NCBI GenBank assembly: GCA_964035545.1
Contig: OZ037768.1
Span: forward strand, 2,512,741 to 2,576,740
Direction of reading: 5' to 3'
DNA: 64,000 nt
Source of the DNA: Bugula neritina
Lineage: Eukaryota; Animalia; Bryozoa
Both the position numbers and the translations under genes were made by a program. Shown here piece by piece: positions 60,101 through 64,000 of this stretch; position 1 is the stretch's first letter; each line of letters opens with the position of its first letter. The notes under the pieces were generated by a model. That model was not told the origin of the DNA and made no database searches. It saw only the letters and a program-made list of their open reading frames with translations.

Positions 60101-61991
60101 AATCTATGCAGCCAGTTAACTGAATGTTACGTTGGTTAGTGTTAAGCTGTAGTTGATGATTCACCAAATAATGACAAAAGAACAGAAAAAGTAACGGCTA
60201 TATTACCGGTGCTAAACAAAACAAGAATTTTACTAAAAGTGAAAGCTAAAAAATCATATACTAGAATATTACGTAATATCCACTTTGCATCATGTATTTG
60301 CTGTGATATAGCTTTAATATAATTACTTACTTAGTCATCCTTCCAGCAGTAAACTTTGTAGCAACTTAGTTTTTGGTATTATTTCGCATCATGTGATAAG
60401 CTTGAACTGTCATGTATTTCTAGGTGAGAGTCATAGAGCCCGAATACCTGCTGAAATTAACTTGCGAGTAAGGCTGGGAAAGAAACCGCCCCCTGATTTG
60501 TACAAACAGTACAGGCTAGATATGAGAAATGGTAAGACAATTTCAGATGAAAACTTGGCTTTTTAAAATCTTTGGTAAAGAATCAAAAAATGCTATGCAA
60601 GATTATCTGAAACCGTAGGTAACTTGCCAGTAATAATTTGCAAAGTTGGTCAATTAAAATAGTAAATAATTTAGTGAAAACTGCTATTAATTTTTGGAAT
60701 CATTCAAAATGTTGTTATAATATATATAGGCTACCATTTAGAGTTCATTACTTTCAAACAGCACAAAGATAGCTGGACTTGGCGTACTACTTGTAGTCTA
60801 CAGTAGAAGTTGAGTGAGCAAACGTTACCTATACATAAATAGAAAAGTTACTTTAATCTAATTTACTATAATTATCTTATAATTTGTTATAGCGAGGTTT
60901 TTCTAGTTTAAATTTATTTCTTGAAAGCTAGTAACAACAATAATGGATGCAAGACTTGCTTACTTAAGCCTTAGAAAAAAAATTAAATAATTCGATTTTC
61001 TAAGTTCTGGCTGCAATTCGTTTAGTCTCACTAAAAGGCTTAAAGTATGGTATATAACATATTAATATATTATGCAGTGGCAGCATCATGTTGTATATAA
61101 TACAGGCAGCTTTATGTTTTCATTGTCTTTTTATAGCAATGCTGTCTTATTATGATGACATCATAGTAATATAGTAATAACATCATACTATTATAAAAAT
61201 ATCATGCTAGCATATAGTAATATTATCTTACTAGAGTAATATCATTATAATATAACATTATGCCACTACAGTATTACAGCACTTGAGTAACAATATCATA
61301 CTTGTATTATTGTTGAATAATATAACATTATATATTACATTCAGGATACTGGGAAGAAAATGTTACTATGGAGTCGTGTAGAGTTACTCATAGAATATTT
61401 GCCCATCAGTTCTACACACGACTAATGGTCACCGAAATCATAGCCCAGCGCCAAGGTTCAGCTACAGGTAAGGGGGACAACTTCCTGAAGTGTCAGAATA
61501 CGAATCTGTCAATAAATCTCTGTAATTATATTTAAACTGACAGCTAGAAAGTCACTACAACTTTTAATTGTATTATTATTATGCCTGCCGTTGCTTCTAT
61601 AGTAGAGTTTCATAATCTTATGAATGATGCAGTCGTGTCAATAATGTTTGATATATACTTATTGGTGTTTTCAGATCTATGGAGAGTTTACAACTATAGC
61701 TCATTGTACGTAACACAAGGTTATGCACAATTTTAGAAAAAGCAAAATAAAACAAGATAGTTTAACTTGTAATTTTAAAATAGAAACTAAAAAGTTTTTT
61801 CATAAAATATTTAAACATGTGCATTAATGATGGACCCTTGTAAATTTGTGTATGATGTATTAACAGTTAATGTTACATAATACGTAAATATTGCAACCAG
61901 GTAACTTGGTGATTTACCTGGACACAGATTCTGGAGCCGAAAGTAACGACCTGCATTTTGCTGAACCAACCAGCTTTAATGGAGGAAACTG
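57179..61991 (+). CDS. PGGHG: Protein-glucosylgalactosylhydroxylysine glucosidase (ATHL1, GH65), 5' part; continues beyond the window
   Basis: Exons 57179-57312, 58141-58268, 60424-60531, 61345-61467, 61901-61991 join in frame. MPSVGNGHIATVIYNDTIYMNGLYNG, SHRARIP, YRLDMRNG and HRIFAHQ match the PGGHG N-terminal region. Confidence 0.85.
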
Positions 61992-64000
61992 GTAAGCAAT
62001 AAATTCATAAAGTCACATGTATCTATTTTAAAATTTTATAACCTTCCCCTACCACTATATAGCATAATATTGTACAAGTGCAAAAGCTTGTGGAAATTTC
62101 GCACATAGTTTGTGAAATTTCTGCAGAGATTTTACTGACCCCTGACAAGAGCATGATTTCATTTGTGCACCAATCAGCATGTGTATTTTGTTTACACACA
62201 TCTAACCCTACCCTCTGGAGAATGGGACCTACATGTATTTTATAGTTTGTTATCTAATCTCCCTCTTTACTCTAGCCTTTAGCTATACCTATTGATTTTC
62301 AAACTTGACTCATAGGAAATGATTAAATAAGTTGTGGTGTGGTAAAAGGTGAAGATACAAAAATAAATGGCATCAGACAGGGAACAATAAGACAGACATT
62401 AATTAAAACTTTAGTGTATGGTAGTGGCATCTATATGGTATAGCGTCTTAGCTGTTGTTGAACAAAAGAAGTACATTGCACTAATTATTTCTAGAAAACT
62501 CTTGCCATTTACCAAAGTTTATTTACCCCGAAGGCTTTCACTTTACCATCTCTATTGAAATTGAGACTGAAAATAATTATTTTAAGTAACATGAGAGACT
62601 CAATTTTAGAATGATAAAAAACTGATTTACTATCTAACAAAAACTACTAAGGAGTTTAACTTATAAAGTGTTAAATTTAGCAACTGGTGTTGAAACAGTA
62701 AATTTAATATTAGTATACTGTGATAATAATTTGTTAAAAGTTGTGAAAGAAATTTAAACAAGCTACAGTTGGGGATTAGTTTTTTTTAATTTATAAAAAA
62801 AATTATCTAGTTGAAAATTCTTTGCAAAAGTATTGCAAGTTTCAAATCAATTTATGGAAAACTATTTTCAAATTTTTGTTATTGATACAAAGCCCATTTT
62901 CAAGTTTATATAAATTATGCAGTTTTTATATACTATGATACAATTAGTTTTGTCATAAATTTCAAGGCAGCTTAGTCAATAACACTATAAGACATGTATT
63001 AGTGACTACTATATTATAATACAGCTTAGTACATCTTGTATTGTTATCATCATCATGCTCTGATATTTAACGTTTCAACACAGCAATAGAACTAAAGACG
63101 TAAACTGTTGGTAAGATCCCCATGTGCTGTCTGCTTCATTTTCATATCAAGTATAATAAATAAATGTAATATAATATAATTTCTCTTTCCCTTGTCTTTA
63201 TATGCCAGAGGTGAATAATAATCAGTTCCGTTTAATAGATTAAGTGTTTTTAATTTACAAAATACCCCTCCATGTTAAAATTATTTGTAGCAAACTAGCA
63301 TCTTGTTTGCTTACCATGTCAACCAATCTCTCCCTGCATTTGCTAGATACAGCTTTGCGTGGTAACATCATTACATGCATTATGGCTTTTGCTCCTCGAA
63401 ATTTGGTATAACTCAGCCCTAGTTTCTTTAATTTATTAAAGAATATATAACAAACTCTGGTATAGCATAGGCTTCATAAAGACATGCAAAAGAGATGCTC
63501 AGAGTTGCATATTTACAAACATAACTAAAATTTGTTTTATTTTTTACATGTCTTCAACGCGTTGAAGTTATTGTATTGTAGTAACACAAAGTTAAGTTTA
63601 ATTTATTTTACAATTCGTTTGTTTTGTGGTAATTAAGCTAGAAATTGTACGAGTCATAGGGTAATGTACTCTGATTATCTTGTTAGTAAACTATACTATT
63701 TATTCACCTATTACTAAAAAAATTAGTAACATAGCACTGCAGTGACAAAGTTATATATTTTAATAAAGTGATTTAATAAGACAGTGATATAACAGTAATA
63801 TGATATAACACACTATAATACAGTATAATAAACTAATAAAGTAATAAAAATTTAAGTATCACACAGCTTAGAATTTTGTCTGCAACTTTTGAAATTGATA
63901 AAAATATTAGAAAAAAACATTTTTAAAGAATTCTAAAGTTGCACACAGCTCAATTAGTTTTACAATATAATTTTAAATTGTATTTAGCTCATACAACATT

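Overview
AT-rich, intron-containing invertebrate animal DNA (lophotrochozoan-like by gene content and style; the taxon cannot be fixed from sequence alone). I spliced eight protein-coding genes by hand from GT-AG boundaries with consistent phases: the 3' end of CFAP20DC (+), an HtrL/YibB-family putative glycosyltransferase (+), an LHFPL tetraspan (+), DEF8 (-), NDRG (+), STRIP1 (+), TFCP2/LSF (-) and the 5' part of PGGHG (+). Mobile DNA comprises a 946-bp mariner derivative whose 5' end is replaced by an inverted copy of its own 3' end, a PIF/Harbinger-type MITE and two degenerate MITE relics. The most unusual signal is a recurring class of intronic minisatellites that abut or straddle splice sites. 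They multiply real donors and acceptors (10 donors in CFAP20DC; 7 acceptors plus two sets of about 4 donors in STRIP1). Most share an ACTGT core on the transcribed strand, in genes on both strands. Most long ORFs in the supplied track that lie over repeats are artefacts. Family assignments come from recalled motifs, not database searches.
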